From Nitrososphaerota archaeon (GTDB taxonomy: Archaea; Thermoproteota; Nitrososphaeria_A; Caldarchaeales; Calditenuaceae), in the NCBI GenBank assembly GCA_038845265.1, contig JAWBQR010000005.1:32001-96000 (forward strand): DNA of 64,000 nt. The letters run 5' to 3'. Shown here in pieces: positions 11,208 through 21,169 of the stretch. Made by a program: the position numbers and the translations under genes. The stretch's first letter is position 1. Each line of letters begins with the position of its first letter. Under the pieces are notes generated by a model that saw only the letters and a list, made by a program, of their open reading frames with translations, was not told the origin of the DNA and searched no databases.

Positions 11208-11313
11208 GGGCCCGTAGCTCAGCCTGGCTGGAGCGCTCGGCTGATAACCGAGAAACAATGGGTTGAGCCCTATTGTTCGGGAGAGGTCGCCGGTTCGAAT
11301 CCGGCCGGGCCCA
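11208..11313 (+). tRNA. tRNA-Ile(GAT) with about 31-nt non-canonical intron (approx. 11253-11283)
   Basis: Acceptor GGGCCCG/CGGGCCC-A; anticodon arm CTCGG-CTGATAA-CCGAG; T arm GCCGG-TTCGAAT-CCGGC; extra hairpin between anticodon stem and variable loop; AT-rich TATA-like tract about 25-35 nt upstream. Confidence 0.93.
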
Positions 11314-11363
11314 CTTTAAGATAATTAGATTTAAATGGCTGTTGTGTTGAGTCTTATATCGAT

Positions 11364-12509
11364 ATGACCCGTTCTTCTTTATTTGTTAAAGCAGCAGTTC
11401 TGCGACAGGCAGGTTTGCCGCGTCCTTATGCTAAGTCTAAGCCATTAAGTGTTGACGAGGTTAGACTTGAGAAACCTGGGCCTGGAGAAGCTCTCGTAAA
11501 GGTTGTCTCTGCTGGGATTTGTCATTCAGACTTAGCGGCTGTTGAAGGTGTTAGACGGTTTCCTCTCCCCGTTGTTCTGGGACATGAGGCTGCTGGAATA
11601 GTCACTGAGGTGGGAGAAGGAGTCACCTCAGCCAGGGTCGGTGACCACGTAGTGCTGTCGTTTGTCGCGTCTTGTGGTAGATGCATCTATTGCCAGTCAG
11701 GTAGGCCTGCACTATGCGATCCGGGCAGACAAGCAAATAGGAATGCAACGCTGTTGAATGGTGTTAAGAAGTTTTCAAAAAATGGAGAAGTTATTGGTCA
11801 TCACTTGGGAGTCAGTGCCTTTTCTGAGTATACAGTTGTCTCGGATAAGTCCCTCATACCTCTGCCACAGGAGCTGCCACTCGAGAAGGCCGCATTATTC
11901 GGATGCGCAATAACCACAGGATTCGGAGCAGTTATGAATACCGCTAGGGTCAAGCCTGGATCAAGCGTTGCCGTATTCGGGTGTGGTGGTGTTGGACTGA
12001 ATATAGTTCAGGCCTCCCGACTTGCGGGAGCCGCCACAATAATAGCTGTAGATATACTTGATGAAAAATTGGAGGTTGCCAGCAAGCTTGGAGCTACACA
12101 TCTTATTAATTCGAGAAAGACTGACCCCGTAGAGGAGGTAAAGAAAATCACCGATGGAAAAGGTGTTGATTATGCATTTGAGGCGGTCGGTATTACAGGC
12201 GTCATGGAACAGGCATTTAGGTCGACTAAGAAGCAAGGCATGACTATCTGTTTAGGCATGACTTCGCCCGACTCTAGAATAGTGATTCCTTCCTCGCTGC
12301 TAATAGATGAGGAGCGTCAACTCGTCGGCTCATTCATGGGATCAGCCGTTCCTATTAGGGATATTCCAGTCCTAGTCAATCTCTATCTATCTGGACGAAT
12401 AAACCTCGATTACATCATCTCGAGATACATAACACTTGACGAAATTAACGAGGCAATGGACAATTTAGCCACGGGGGAAGCTATGCGACAGATAATTAGA
12501 TTCAAGTAG
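11364..12509 (+). CDS. Zinc-dependent alcohol dehydrogenase (class III-like MDR)
   Basis: GICHSD, GHEAAG, CGRCIYC...C, GCGGVG. Confidence 0.93.
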   Translation: MTRSSLFVKAAVLRQAGLPRPYAKSKPLSVDEVRLEKPGPGEALVKVVSAGICHSDLAAVEGVRRFPLPVVLGHEAAGIVTEVGEGVTSARVGDHVVLSFVASCGRCIYCQSGRPALCDPGRQANRNATLLNGVKKFSKNGEVIGHHLGVSAFSEYTVVSDKSLIPLPQELPLEKAALFGCAITTGFGAVMNTARVKPGSSVAVFGCGGVGLNIVQASRLAGAATIIAVDILDEKLEVASKLGATHLINSRKTDPVEEVKKITDGKGVDYAFEAVGITGVMEQAFRSTKKQGMTICLGMTSPDSRIVIPSSLLIDEERQLVGSFMGSAVPIRDIPVLVNLYLSGRINLDYIISRYITLDEINEAMDNLATGEAMRQIIRFK

Positions 12510-12543
12510 TCCATACATGGTATAAATTTACGGGTTGTTTTAA

Positions 12544-13620
12544 TTGCTATTCATAATTTACGCGACTGGAAGGTGTAATTTATCATGTAAGTACTGTGGT
12601 GGTAGTTTTCGTCCTAACGTTGTGCCTTGGGAAGTGAAATATGATGTACGTCTACTCGCTGATTTAGCTGACAGCAGCGATGTAATAGCATTCTATGGAG
12701 GCGAGCCTCTTCTTAACCAGAAATTTATTAAGAAAGTAGTAGAAGTTTTAGGTAACCGCACCTACGTCTTACAGACAAATGGTCTGCTTCTGGGCGAGTT
12801 ACCTCCTGAATTACTCAAAGTTTTTGATACAATTCTAGTATCCATTGATGGTGTCCCTTCAATAACTGATAAGTATAGGGGCCGTGGTGTCTATGATAAA
12901 GTCGTCGAGAACGTTCGTATGATTCATAGTATGGGGTATAGCGGCGACATAGTTGCTAGGATGACGGTGAACGAGGATACTGACATATATAGAGATGTTT
13001 CTCATCTCATTGTTCTGGGGCTTTTTAAACACATCCACTGGCAACTTAACTTCGTCTGGACCGATAAGAATGCATGGAGGGATCCATGCAGCTGGGTCAG
13101 AAATAACTATGCACCAAGACTGGAACTACTGATGAATGAGTGGCTAAGAGAATTAAAGTCAGGAAGGATAATTGGTATTGTTCCCTTTCAAGGAGTTCTA
13201 AAAAGACTCCTGAGACGTGAGGACACGGCTCCACCGTGTGGTTCCGGGGTTGATTCGTTTACAATTCTTCCAGATGGTAGAATAATTAGCTGCCCGATAG
13301 CTGTCACTGAGGAATGGGCACTAGTAGGCAGGTTGGGAGAGACGGATAGATCAGAACTGAAGAAATATAAAGTCCATATTGATGGGCCGTGCATCAATTG
13401 TAGTTATTATTCAGCATGTGGGGGCAGATGTCTTTATACACACATTGAAAAGTTATGGGGAGAAGTTGGTGATAAGGCGATATGCAGCGCCTCTAGGTCT
13501 TTAATCGATCTTGTCGAGTCGAGGTCCCAAGAAATAATGCGTATAATCAAAGAGCAGCGTGTATCCATGGATAAAATTCTTTATCCGCAATACAATAACA
13601 CAGTAGAAATAATTCCCTAG
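12544..13620 (+). CDS. Radical SAM/SPASM protein (AF0577/TIGR04084-like)
   Basis: CNLSCKYC, FYGGEP, SPASM cysteines (CGSG, CPI, CxxCxxxxxCGGRC), C-terminal YNNTVEIIP. Confidence 0.85.
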   Translation: MLFIIYATGRCNLSCKYCGGSFRPNVVPWEVKYDVRLLADLADSSDVIAFYGGEPLLNQKFIKKVVEVLGNRTYVLQTNGLLLGELPPELLKVFDTILVSIDGVPSITDKYRGRGVYDKVVENVRMIHSMGYSGDIVARMTVNEDTDIYRDVSHLIVLGLFKHIHWQLNFVWTDKNAWRDPCSWVRNNYAPRLELLMNEWLRELKSGRIIGIVPFQGVLKRLLRREDTAPPCGSGVDSFTILPDGRIISCPIAVTEEWALVGRLGETDRSELKKYKVHIDGPCINCSYYSACGGRCLYTHIEKLWGEVGDKAICSASRSLIDLVESRSQEIMRIIKEQRVSMDKILYPQYNNTVEIIP

Positions 13621-13670
13621 TGCTTTACTGAGGATTTCTATATATCAAGTAGATCGAATAACAATTAAGG

Positions 13671-14552
13671 ATGAGTCTAGGCGCCATCAGCGGCAAATCT
13701 CTGCATTCGAGGCTAAAGGGAATATCTGCATTGATTATGACATCAATGGTTTGGGGCTCCTCTTTTCCGGCGATAAAATTTATAGTCTCAATAGTAGACG
13801 AAGCTACATATACGTGGCTGAGGGGGACAGTAGCGCTCATAGGCCTGTCTCCGTACGTCTTTTATTACCTATTCAAGAATGGGGTAAAAAAGAGATACTT
13901 AGTTGGTGGAATAACGGCTGGAATAGCATTCACGCTCGGACTGTGGCTACAGGGATGGGGAACTAAGTATACATCTGCATCAAACTCAGCCTTCATAACA
14001 GGATTATTCATAATATTCGTACATATTTATGAGACCTTTAGCAATAAGAGATACTCAATTAGCGCCTTTACTTCTCTACTCGTCGCTATTACAGGGATAT
14101 ATTTCTTAACATTGCCGAGCGGAGGGGCTGGTCTTGGAGAATTACTTGTATTGGTGGGAGCACTCTTCTGGGCTGTTCAAGTGCTTATTGTTGATAAGTA
14201 TAGTGATTCAAATCCATTGGTATTCACGTTTTATGAAATTATACCTACTCTGCTCTTTATGCCATTAAGCATATCGAGCCATGGCCTTTCGATTAGCAAT
14301 GCTTTAACTATATTATTTCCGATCGTTTATCTCGGATTAATATCGACAAACCTAGGATTCATTCTACAAGTCTATGGACAGAGATGGCTCAGACCATTTG
14401 AGGCATCTCTCGTCATGCTCTTTGAGCCGATATTCGCCGCAATCTTTTCAGCACTTCTAATTAAGGAAAGCTTTAGTATCACTTGGATCCTAGGCGCCAG
14501 CCTCATATTTGTCGGAATGCTAATCGCAGTCTCAAGACCCATTCGTAGGTAA
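13671..14552 (+). CDS. EamA/DMT family transporter
   Basis: WGSSFPAIK, about 10 TM segments, EPIFAAIFS. Confidence 0.9.
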   Translation: MSLGAISGKSLHSRLKGISALIMTSMVWGSSFPAIKFIVSIVDEATYTWLRGTVALIGLSPYVFYYLFKNGVKKRYLVGGITAGIAFTLGLWLQGWGTKYTSASNSAFITGLFIIFVHIYETFSNKRYSISAFTSLLVAITGIYFLTLPSGGAGLGELLVLVGALFWAVQVLIVDKYSDSNPLVFTFYEIIPTLLFMPLSISSHGLSISNALTILFPIVYLGLISTNLGFILQVYGQRWLRPFEASLVMLFEPIFAAIFSALLIKESFSITWILGASLIFVGMLIAVSRPIRR

Positions 14553-14602
14553 TCAATGATAAAAAATTTATAGCCAAAATAATATCTCATAACTTAGACC
14601 AT

Positions 14603-15736
14603 ATGCATTTAAACCCGACTACCTGCAAGATATGCGGGACATCAAAAATAGTGAGCAGAAGCATCGGTATCTGTATCGATTGCTTTAGAAAAAATAAAGG
14701 AGAAAACATACTCAGAGAGGCATTAGAGACACATAAAAAATATAGGAAGATTTATGGGCTTGTACCCGAGCCTCCAAAAAGCCACAGCGGCATAAGGTGC
14801 ACCTTATGCTCTAATAGTTGTAGTATAGGGGAGGGCGAAGTAGGATACTGCGGACTTAGAAGAAATATAAACGGCAGACTAGTCTCTAAAACAGATAACG
14901 AGACGGCAATCCTTCATTATTATCTTGACGCACACGTAACTAATTGTTGCGCAAGCTGGTTCTGTCCTGCAGGCACGGGTAAGTGGTATCCTAACTATTC
15001 ATGTAAAAACGGCCCTGAATACGGATATTACAACCTAGCAATATTTTTCTATGGATGTAACTTTGATTGTCTATTCTGCCAGAACTATAATCACAAAGAA
15101 CTTAAGAACGCTGAAACTGTAAAGGCATCTGAGTTGGTTAATCTTACATTGAATAATTCCTTAATCACTTGTTGGTGCTTCTTTGGAGGTTCTCCAGAGC
15201 CCCAGTTACCATTCGCGATTAATTCTGCTAGAAAAATACTTCAAGCCAAGCGGCCGGACAGAATTCTCAGAATATGTTTCGAGTGGAATGGGTGTGGCAA
15301 TCCTCACTTAGCGATGAGGGCTGCCGAGCTGGCTTATCAATCAGGTGGAAACATAAAATTTGATCTAAAATGCTGGGATGAAGAGTTAAGCATCGCCCTA
15401 AGTGGAGTCTCTAATAAAGAAGCTTTTAGAAACTTTGAGGCTATTGCGAGGAGGTTCCCAATAGAGAAAGATCATCCTCCAACTATATGCGCCACTACGC
15501 TGCTAGTTCCGGGATACGTAGACGCAATAGAGGTGGGAGCAATAGCTGACTTCATAGCGTCCATCGACCCAGAGATACCATATAGCCTTCTTGTCTTTCA
15601 TCCAGATTTTGTGATGTATGATCTCCCAGTCACGCCTATAAAACAAGTTCAAGAGTGCCTAAAAACCGTTAAAAATAAGCTAAAAAATGTATGGATCGGA
15701 AATATTCATCTGTTGTCCACGGAACTATTATTATAA
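14603..15736 (+). CDS. Radical SAM protein (PFL-activating enzyme-like, Cys-rich N-terminus)
   Basis: GCNFDCLFCQN, TTLLVPGYVD, FHP. Confidence 0.85.
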   Translation: MHLNPTTCKICGTSKIVSRSIGICIDCFRKNKGENILREALETHKKYRKIYGLVPEPPKSHSGIRCTLCSNSCSIGEGEVGYCGLRRNINGRLVSKTDNETAILHYYLDAHVTNCCASWFCPAGTGKWYPNYSCKNGPEYGYYNLAIFFYGCNFDCLFCQNYNHKELKNAETVKASELVNLTLNNSLITCWCFFGGSPEPQLPFAINSARKILQAKRPDRILRICFEWNGCGNPHLAMRAAELAYQSGGNIKFDLKCWDEELSIALSGVSNKEAFRNFEAIARRFPIEKDHPPTICATTLLVPGYVDAIEVGAIADFIASIDPEIPYSLLVFHPDFVMYDLPVTPIKQVQECLKTVKNKLKNVWIGNIHLLSTELLL

Positions 15737-15808
15737 TTTAAAGCACGAGACATTTCCAGCGTTTAACATATAACTGGGTTTATTCAATATGAATAAAGGA
15801 ATAGAGAA

Positions 15809-17137
15809 TTGGTAAGTCTCGGAGAGGCGCTGAGGAGCGCAATATCGAAGTTCATGGGAGCGCCCGTGGCTGATAAACAAGCAATCGATGAGCTAGTCAG
15901 AGGAATTCAGAGAGCATTATTAATTTCTGACGTTAATGTAGAACTAGTCCAGAAAATATCTATAGAAGTCAAGAAGAGGGCCGAAGAGATAAAGCCTCCT
16001 CCAGGGATATCTAGAAAAGACCAAATCATAAAGATCGTTTACGAAGAGCTGATAAATCTTTTAGGAGGAACGACCAAGAAGTTAGAGATAAAAAAGAAGC
16101 CTTATGTCTTAATGGTGGTGGGTATACAAGGATCTGGCAAGACAACAACAATTGCCAAAATAGCTTATTACTTGTCTCGGAATGGTTATAAGCCCGGAAT
16201 AATATGTGCCGATACTTATAGGCCCGCTGCATACGAACAACTTGTCCAGCTTGTCGGACCATTAGGCATACCGATATACGGAGAACCCAATAGCTACGAC
16301 GCAGTATCAATTGCGCTCAGCGGGATAGAGGAAATAAAGAAAAAGGGATGCGACGTAATCATCATAGACACTGCTGGGAGACATAGAGATCAGGAATCAC
16401 TAATGAAAGAAATGGCAGAACTCCAAGAAAAGATCAAGCCAGACGAGGTGGCCCTCGTAATAGATGGGACAATAGGGCAGCAGGCGAAACTACAGGCCGA
16501 GGCATTTAACAAGACAGCAAGAATTGGATGGATAATTCTGACAAAGATGGACACCTCGGCCAGAGGTGGCGGCGCAATCTCAGCCGTCGCGGCTACTGGC
16601 GCCCCTATCTACTTCATAGGGACGGGCGAGAAGATTAGTGATATAGAACCATTTGACCCCATGCGTTATGTCTCACGTATTCTCGGCATACCTGATATTG
16701 AGGGCCTGATTGAGCGTGTAAGAATGGCCGAGATAAGTGTATCAGAGGAGGAGGCAGAGAAGATTCTATCAGGAAAGTTCACCTTAATGGACATGGTGAA
16801 ACAAGTCAAGGAGCTTAGAAAGACAGGGCCGCTTGGAAAGCTATTGAAGATGTTGCCGATACCTGGACTGGGGAGCCTTCCAGAAGAAGAATTAAACAAA
16901 TTAGAAGAACAGGCAAAAAGATGGGAGGCGGCAGTCTACTCCATGACCCCTGAGGAGAGAAATGATCCAGGCCTAATCGATTCATCAAGGGCTAGGAGAA
17001 TAGCTAGGGGTGCTGGAATAACTGAGAAAGATGTTAAACAACTTGTAAAACAATTCCAAGAAGCTAAAAGAATGATGAAGAGTATCAAGAGGGCCCAGCA
17101 CAGGGTTCCGAAAGAATTATTCATGAAGAAGAGGTGA
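15809..17137 (+). CDS. srp54: Signal recognition particle protein SRP54
   Basis: [20 protein letters not shown]-domain SMTPEER...[11 protein letters not shown]. Confidence 0.97.
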   Translation: MVSLGEALRSAISKFMGAPVADKQAIDELVRGIQRALLISDVNVELVQKISIEVKKRAEEIKPPPGISRKDQIIKIVYEELINLLGGTTKKLEIKKKPYVLMVVGIQGSGKTTTIAKIAYYLSRNGYKPGIICADTYRPAAYEQLVQLVGPLGIPIYGEPNSYDAVSIALSGIEEIKKKGCDVIIIDTAGRHRDQESLMKEMAELQEKIKPDEVALVIDGTIGQQAKLQAEAFNKTARIGWIILTKMDTSARGGGAISAVAATGAPIYFIGTGEKISDIEPFDPMRYVSRILGIPDIEGLIERVRMAEISVSEEEAEKILSGKFTLMDMVKQVKELRKTGPLGKLLKMLPIPGLGSLPEEELNKLEEQAKRWEAAVYSMTPEERNDPGLIDSSRARRIARGAGITEKDVKQLVKQFQEAKRMMKSIKRAQHRVPKELFMKKR

Positions 17138-17146
17138 GCAGACCTA

Positions 17147-18490
17147 TTGGATACGATTACCGAGAAGGCCCTCGAAGTGTTAAGGAAGTATCCGCTTTGC
17201 TGCACATGTCTTGGCAGGCTATTTGCGGGACTCGGAAAAGGCATCGGGAACAAACTCAGGGGAGAAAGCATAAAGTCTCTCTTAACTATGCAAGCTGATT
17301 CGGCCCTCCGCGAAGGTGACCAAAAAGCACTGGAAACCATAAAAATTCTCGCGGCTACTGGTTGGAAGCCTGCACAACAAATCGCCTCAACTTTAGGAAT
17401 TAACTATGAAGAGAAGGATTGCATGATTTGCTTCAATAAGCTGACGAATGAAAACATAGAGAATATTGCTAGAAAAATTGAAGATAGGTTAAGGGAATAC
17501 GAGTTTAAAACATTTTTGGTAGGCTCAAGAATTCCGGGATTCATAAAGATACTTGAAGAAAACATATTCTCGGAATTCTCATTGATATATGCTGAAAGCA
17601 TTAGAAAAGACATTGATAGGGAAATAGGAAAGAAGCTTGAGGAAATCCTGAAACGCGAGGTTGATTTTCATTATCCCGAAGTCGTCGCGATTGTTGATAT
17701 ATATACTGGAAACATTGAGGTGAATGTATCACCTTTATTCATCAAGGGAAAATACTTAAAACACGAGGCAGGTATACCTCAGACTCCTTGGCTTTGCCGG
17801 AATTGCTGGGGAGTTGGATGCACCAAATGCGGCTACAAAGGAAGAGAATACGATAATTCCGTATCAGAGTTTATTAGTTTACCAGCAGTAAGGCTTAGCG
17901 GAGCCATAGATTATGTGTTCCATGCAGCTGGACGAGAAGACTTAGACGCATTCGTTAAAGGCGAAGGACGCCCATTCATAATTGAGCTGAAGGAACCGAG
18001 GAAACGCACAATCGACTTTAAGGAATATTCAGAACTTGTTCACAAATACTCCGAGGGGAAGGTGGAAGTCAAGGATCTGAACTACGCCTCAAGATCGGAA
18101 GTTCGTCTATTAAAGACGTATATAGAAAAGGCAAAAAAGAGATATTTAGCAATAGTGACATTTGAGTCTCCTATTTGTGAAGCGGCTATAAAAGAGGTCG
18201 AAAAATACTTTACTAATAGGGTTATCGAGCAGCAGACGCCCATCAGGGTTCTTTCAAGAAGGGCAGATAAGGTCAGAAAGAAATATGTATATTCAATAGC
18301 AGCTCAGAAAATCGATGATTATACCCTGTCATTTGAAATCCTTGCCGATGCAGGTCTCTACATCAAGGAACTGATACACGGAGACCTTGGAAGAACAAGC
18401 CCATCTATAAGTGAATTTTTAGGCATTATGCCAAAAAGCATAAAATTAACTATTCTCGAAGTACTCGAAGGAAAGATTCAGAAACCATAA
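17147..18490 (+). CDS. pus10: tRNA pseudouridine(54/55) synthase Pus10
   Basis: LCxxCLGR, AAGREDLD, QQTPIRV..RR, GLYIKELIHGD.GRT.PS. Confidence 0.95.
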   Translation: MDTITEKALEVLRKYPLCCTCLGRLFAGLGKGIGNKLRGESIKSLLTMQADSALREGDQKALETIKILAATGWKPAQQIASTLGINYEEKDCMICFNKLTNENIENIARKIEDRLREYEFKTFLVGSRIPGFIKILEENIFSEFSLIYAESIRKDIDREIGKKLEEILKREVDFHYPEVVAIVDIYTGNIEVNVSPLFIKGKYLKHEAGIPQTPWLCRNCWGVGCTKCGYKGREYDNSVSEFISLPAVRLSGAIDYVFHAAGREDLDAFVKGEGRPFIIELKEPRKRTIDFKEYSELVHKYSEGKVEVKDLNYASRSEVRLLKTYIEKAKKRYLAIVTFESPICEAAIKEVEKYFTNRVIEQQTPIRVLSRRADKVRKKYVYSIAAQKIDDYTLSFEILADAGLYIKELIHGDLGRTSPSISEFLGIMPKSIKLTILEVLEGKIQKP

Positions 18491-18574
18491 ATTCTTCATG
18501 GACATTAAAAATAGGTGTCAAAACATATATGTGAGGACTACGACTTTATTCAATAGTAATAAAGGTGAAAGGGG

Positions 18575-18871
18575 CTGACACGACATAGTGGGTTTAGAGC
18601 TAGGTGTAGAGCCATGCTTACTAGAGAGGTGGGAGAACGAGCAGGCCCAAAGCCCGAAGTTTATCTAAGCGAGATACCTATCGGAAGCAAAGTATCCATC
18701 ATTATTGATCCGGCTACTCATAGGGGATCTCCACATAGACGCTATCATGGAAAAATCGGCGAGATAGTAGAGAAACGGGGCCGTGGATACATCGTAGCTG
18801 TAAAAGTTGGATCAAAGAGAAAACTTCTATCACTGTTGCCGGAGCATATAAGACCATTTATTCAGGGGTGA
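18575..18871 (+). CDS. rpl21e: 50S ribosomal protein L21e (probable CTG start)
   Basis: PHRRYHGKIG, PEHIRP; in-frame extension CTG-TRHSGFRARCR after in-frame TGA at 18566-18568, with GGTGA SD. Confidence 0.92.
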   Translation: MTRHSGFRARCRAMLTREVGERAGPKPEVYLSEIPIGSKVSIIIDPATHRGSPHRRYHGKIGEIVEKRGRGYIVAVKVGSKRKLLSLLPEHIRPFIQG

Positions 18872-18878
18872 AAAAATT

Positions 18879-19247
18879 ATGGTAAAAAAAATTGTCTCAT
18901 CTACACCAGTAAGCATCCCAGAAGTTAAAGAACTACTTTCAAACAAAAAACAAGAATTAACGCCTCTTCAAATGAGGGTATATAATTATGCTGCAAGCTT
19001 CTCCAAAATATCGCCAGAAGCAGCGAGAAAACTAATCAATGAACTTATTGAGCAACATGGATTGCAGCGTGATGAGGCATGTCAAATAGTTAATATTTGC
19101 CCAACCACAGTTGAAGAACTTAGAACGATACTATCCGGATATAAAAGATTAGTTTCTACTATTCTATTTTCTGATGAAAAATTAAATGAAATTCTTCGAT
19201 TAATTAAGCAGTATTTGGCTATGGAGGCAAAGATGCAAGAGATCTAG
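18879..19247 (+). CDS. rpo4: DNA-directed RNA polymerase subunit Rpo4 (F)
   Basis: SIPEVKELL, YAASFSKI, QIVNICPTT.EELR; conserved L21e-Rpo4-DUF655-KsgA order. Confidence 0.9.
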   Translation: MVKKIVSSTPVSIPEVKELLSNKKQELTPLQMRVYNYAASFSKISPEAARKLINELIEQHGLQRDEACQIVNICPTTVEELRTILSGYKRLVSTILFSDEKLNEILRLIKQYLAMEAKMQEI

Positions 19248-19260
19248 CATTATGAAATAA

Positions 19261-19860
19261 GTGTTATTGAATATGGAGCGTACAAAACAGAAATTATACG
19301 AAGATGAGGCATATGTTCTAGACATATTACCCCAGAGACCTGGAGCTAAACAACCATTTCTAGAACGAAATATGCAAATTGCTCAAATGCTGGGGTCTGA
19401 ATACTTCACATTGCTAGAAGCCTTGGTAAACCAATCACTCGGATTAAAGCCAGGAATGAAGACATATATAGGTAGAGATGTACCAAGAGATTTAATAAGA
19501 ATTGTCAGAAGAATAACCTATAATAACCTTACTGAAAATGCCAAATATGAACTCGAAAAAATTATCGACACCATTGTTCATGAAAAAGAACAAAGATTCG
19601 TCGAGTTTATCAATACATGTGGTCCATTGACCCCACGATTACATGCCTTAGAGACAATTCCAGGAATAGGGAAAAAACTAATGCAAAAAATAATTGAAGA
19701 GAGAGAAAACCGACCATTTGTAAGCTATGAAGATATCAAAAATAGAGTCGGCATAAATGATATTGATAAAGCAATAGCAAAGAGAATCTTCATAGAACTT
19801 ACTGATTCAAATAATAGACACTGGTTGTTTGTCAGACTACCTTCTCAGGGCACTCCATAA
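19261..19860 (+). CDS. DUF655 family protein (OB + HhH)
   Basis: YFTLLE, GPLTPRLHALETIPGIGKK. Confidence 0.9.
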   Translation: MLLNMERTKQKLYEDEAYVLDILPQRPGAKQPFLERNMQIAQMLGSEYFTLLEALVNQSLGLKPGMKTYIGRDVPRDLIRIVRRITYNNLTENAKYELEKIIDTIVHEKEQRFVEFINTCGPLTPRLHALETIPGIGKKLMQKIIEERENRPFVSYEDIKNRVGINDIDKAIAKRIFIELTDSNNRHWLFVRLPSQGTP

Positions 19861-19869
19861 TTATTCAAT

Positions 19870-20595
19870 ATGACAAGACTCGGACAACACTTCTTAAAAA
19901 ATGAAGAAATTTTAGAGAAATTAATAGAATTAGGAGAAATCAAACCCACAGATATTGTACTAGAGCCAGGATGTGGGGACGGAAAACTAACAGAAAAATT
20001 GGCAAAACAAGGATGCAAAGTCATAGCTATCGAGATCGATGAAAAACTAGCATCTATAGCGGCAAATAGACTTGCAATGTATGACAATGTAAGACTCATT
20101 ATTGGAGACTTATTAAGAGTTAAACCCACAGGATTTAACAAAGTCATCGGAAATCCACCATACTACATATCATCACGCCTGATCCATTGGCTAATAACAG
20201 GACCTATGCCAGAATTAATGGTAATGACATTGCAACGTGAATTCGCTGAAAAATTATGTGCAAGGCCAAAGCAGGATAACTATGTATACTTATCAGTACT
20301 CACACAGCTTTTTTATGACGTTAAAGTTTATGGAGTAGCCCCCCGCCGATACTTCTCTCCACCACCAAAGGTATCATCCAGGATAGTAATTATGAGGAGA
20401 AAACCCAAAATACACCCAAATATACTTAACCATATTTGGTTGATAAAAAATCTCTTTACAAGGAAGAGACACCTAATAAAAAGAGAGCTTAAAAAGTTAG
20501 ACATAGAGATACCACCCCAACTAATAGGGAAGAGGATTTATGAAATCGATGTTGAGAACTACTACAATCTACTTTCCAAACTTACTCCCCAATAA
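19870..20595 (+). CDS. ksgA: 16S rRNA adenine dimethyltransferase KsgA/RsmA
   Basis: LGQHFL, EPGCGDG, GNPPYYIS, FSPPPKV. Confidence 0.95.
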   Translation: MTRLGQHFLKNEEILEKLIELGEIKPTDIVLEPGCGDGKLTEKLAKQGCKVIAIEIDEKLASIAANRLAMYDNVRLIIGDLLRVKPTGFNKVIGNPPYYISSRLIHWLITGPMPELMVMTLQREFAEKLCARPKQDNYVYLSVLTQLFYDVKVYGVAPRRYFSPPPKVSSRIVIMRRKPKIHPNILNHIWLIKNLFTRKRHLIKRELKKLDIEIPPQLIGKRIYEIDVENYYNLLSKLTPQ

Positions 20596-20639
20596 TTGGA
20601 CAACCCTTATATTGAACATACAGACTACATATCTAAAGA

Positions 20640-21161
20640 ATGCACGCAAAAAACTACCGAAAAATTGAGAGACCATACACTAGGGCCGAATTTATCCACG
20701 GAGCCCCCCAGCCAAGATTAGCGAAATATGACTATGGAAATTGGAGGGGAGATTATGAATATGAAGTCTCATTAATAGCCGAGACAAATTGTCAGATACG
20801 CGATGTCGCCCTTGAATCTGCAAGAGTATCTGCAGGCAAAACTCTCACGGCAAAACTAGGCGACAATTTTTATCTAGCAGTGAAGGTACATCCTCATCAT
20901 GTCCTAAGAGAAAACAAGATGATTTTCGGAGCACATGCTGACAGACTTCAAGAAGGAATGAGTAGAGCCTTCGGAAGACCAATTGGAAGAGCAGCGCAAG
21001 TCGAGGCGGGGACCAAAGTTTTAACAGTGCATGTTTATAGGAACGGAATAGAAGCAGCACGAGAGGCACTAAAGATAGCGGCTAAGAAACTTCCAAAAAA
21101 TTATAGAATAGAAATTATACAATTGAAAAAAGAAGTTGTCAGCAGTAGTGAAGCAAATTAG
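20640..21161 (+). CDS. rpl10e: 50S ribosomal protein L10e (uL16)
   Basis: PYTR.EFI.G.P, HVLRENKM, ADRLQEGM..AFG.P.GRAA. Confidence 0.96.
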   Translation: MHAKNYRKIERPYTRAEFIHGAPQPRLAKYDYGNWRGDYEYEVSLIAETNCQIRDVALESARVSAGKTLTAKLGDNFYLAVKVHPHHVLRENKMIFGAHADRLQEGMSRAFGRPIGRAAQVEAGTKVLTVHVYRNGIEAAREALKIAAKKLPKNYRIEIIQLKKEVVSSSEAN

Positions 21162-21169
21162 CACAGAAT

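Noticed and set aside
11290-15800. Integrated element at tRNA-Ile
   Set aside because: No integrase, and I found no duplicated tRNA 3' end (att site)
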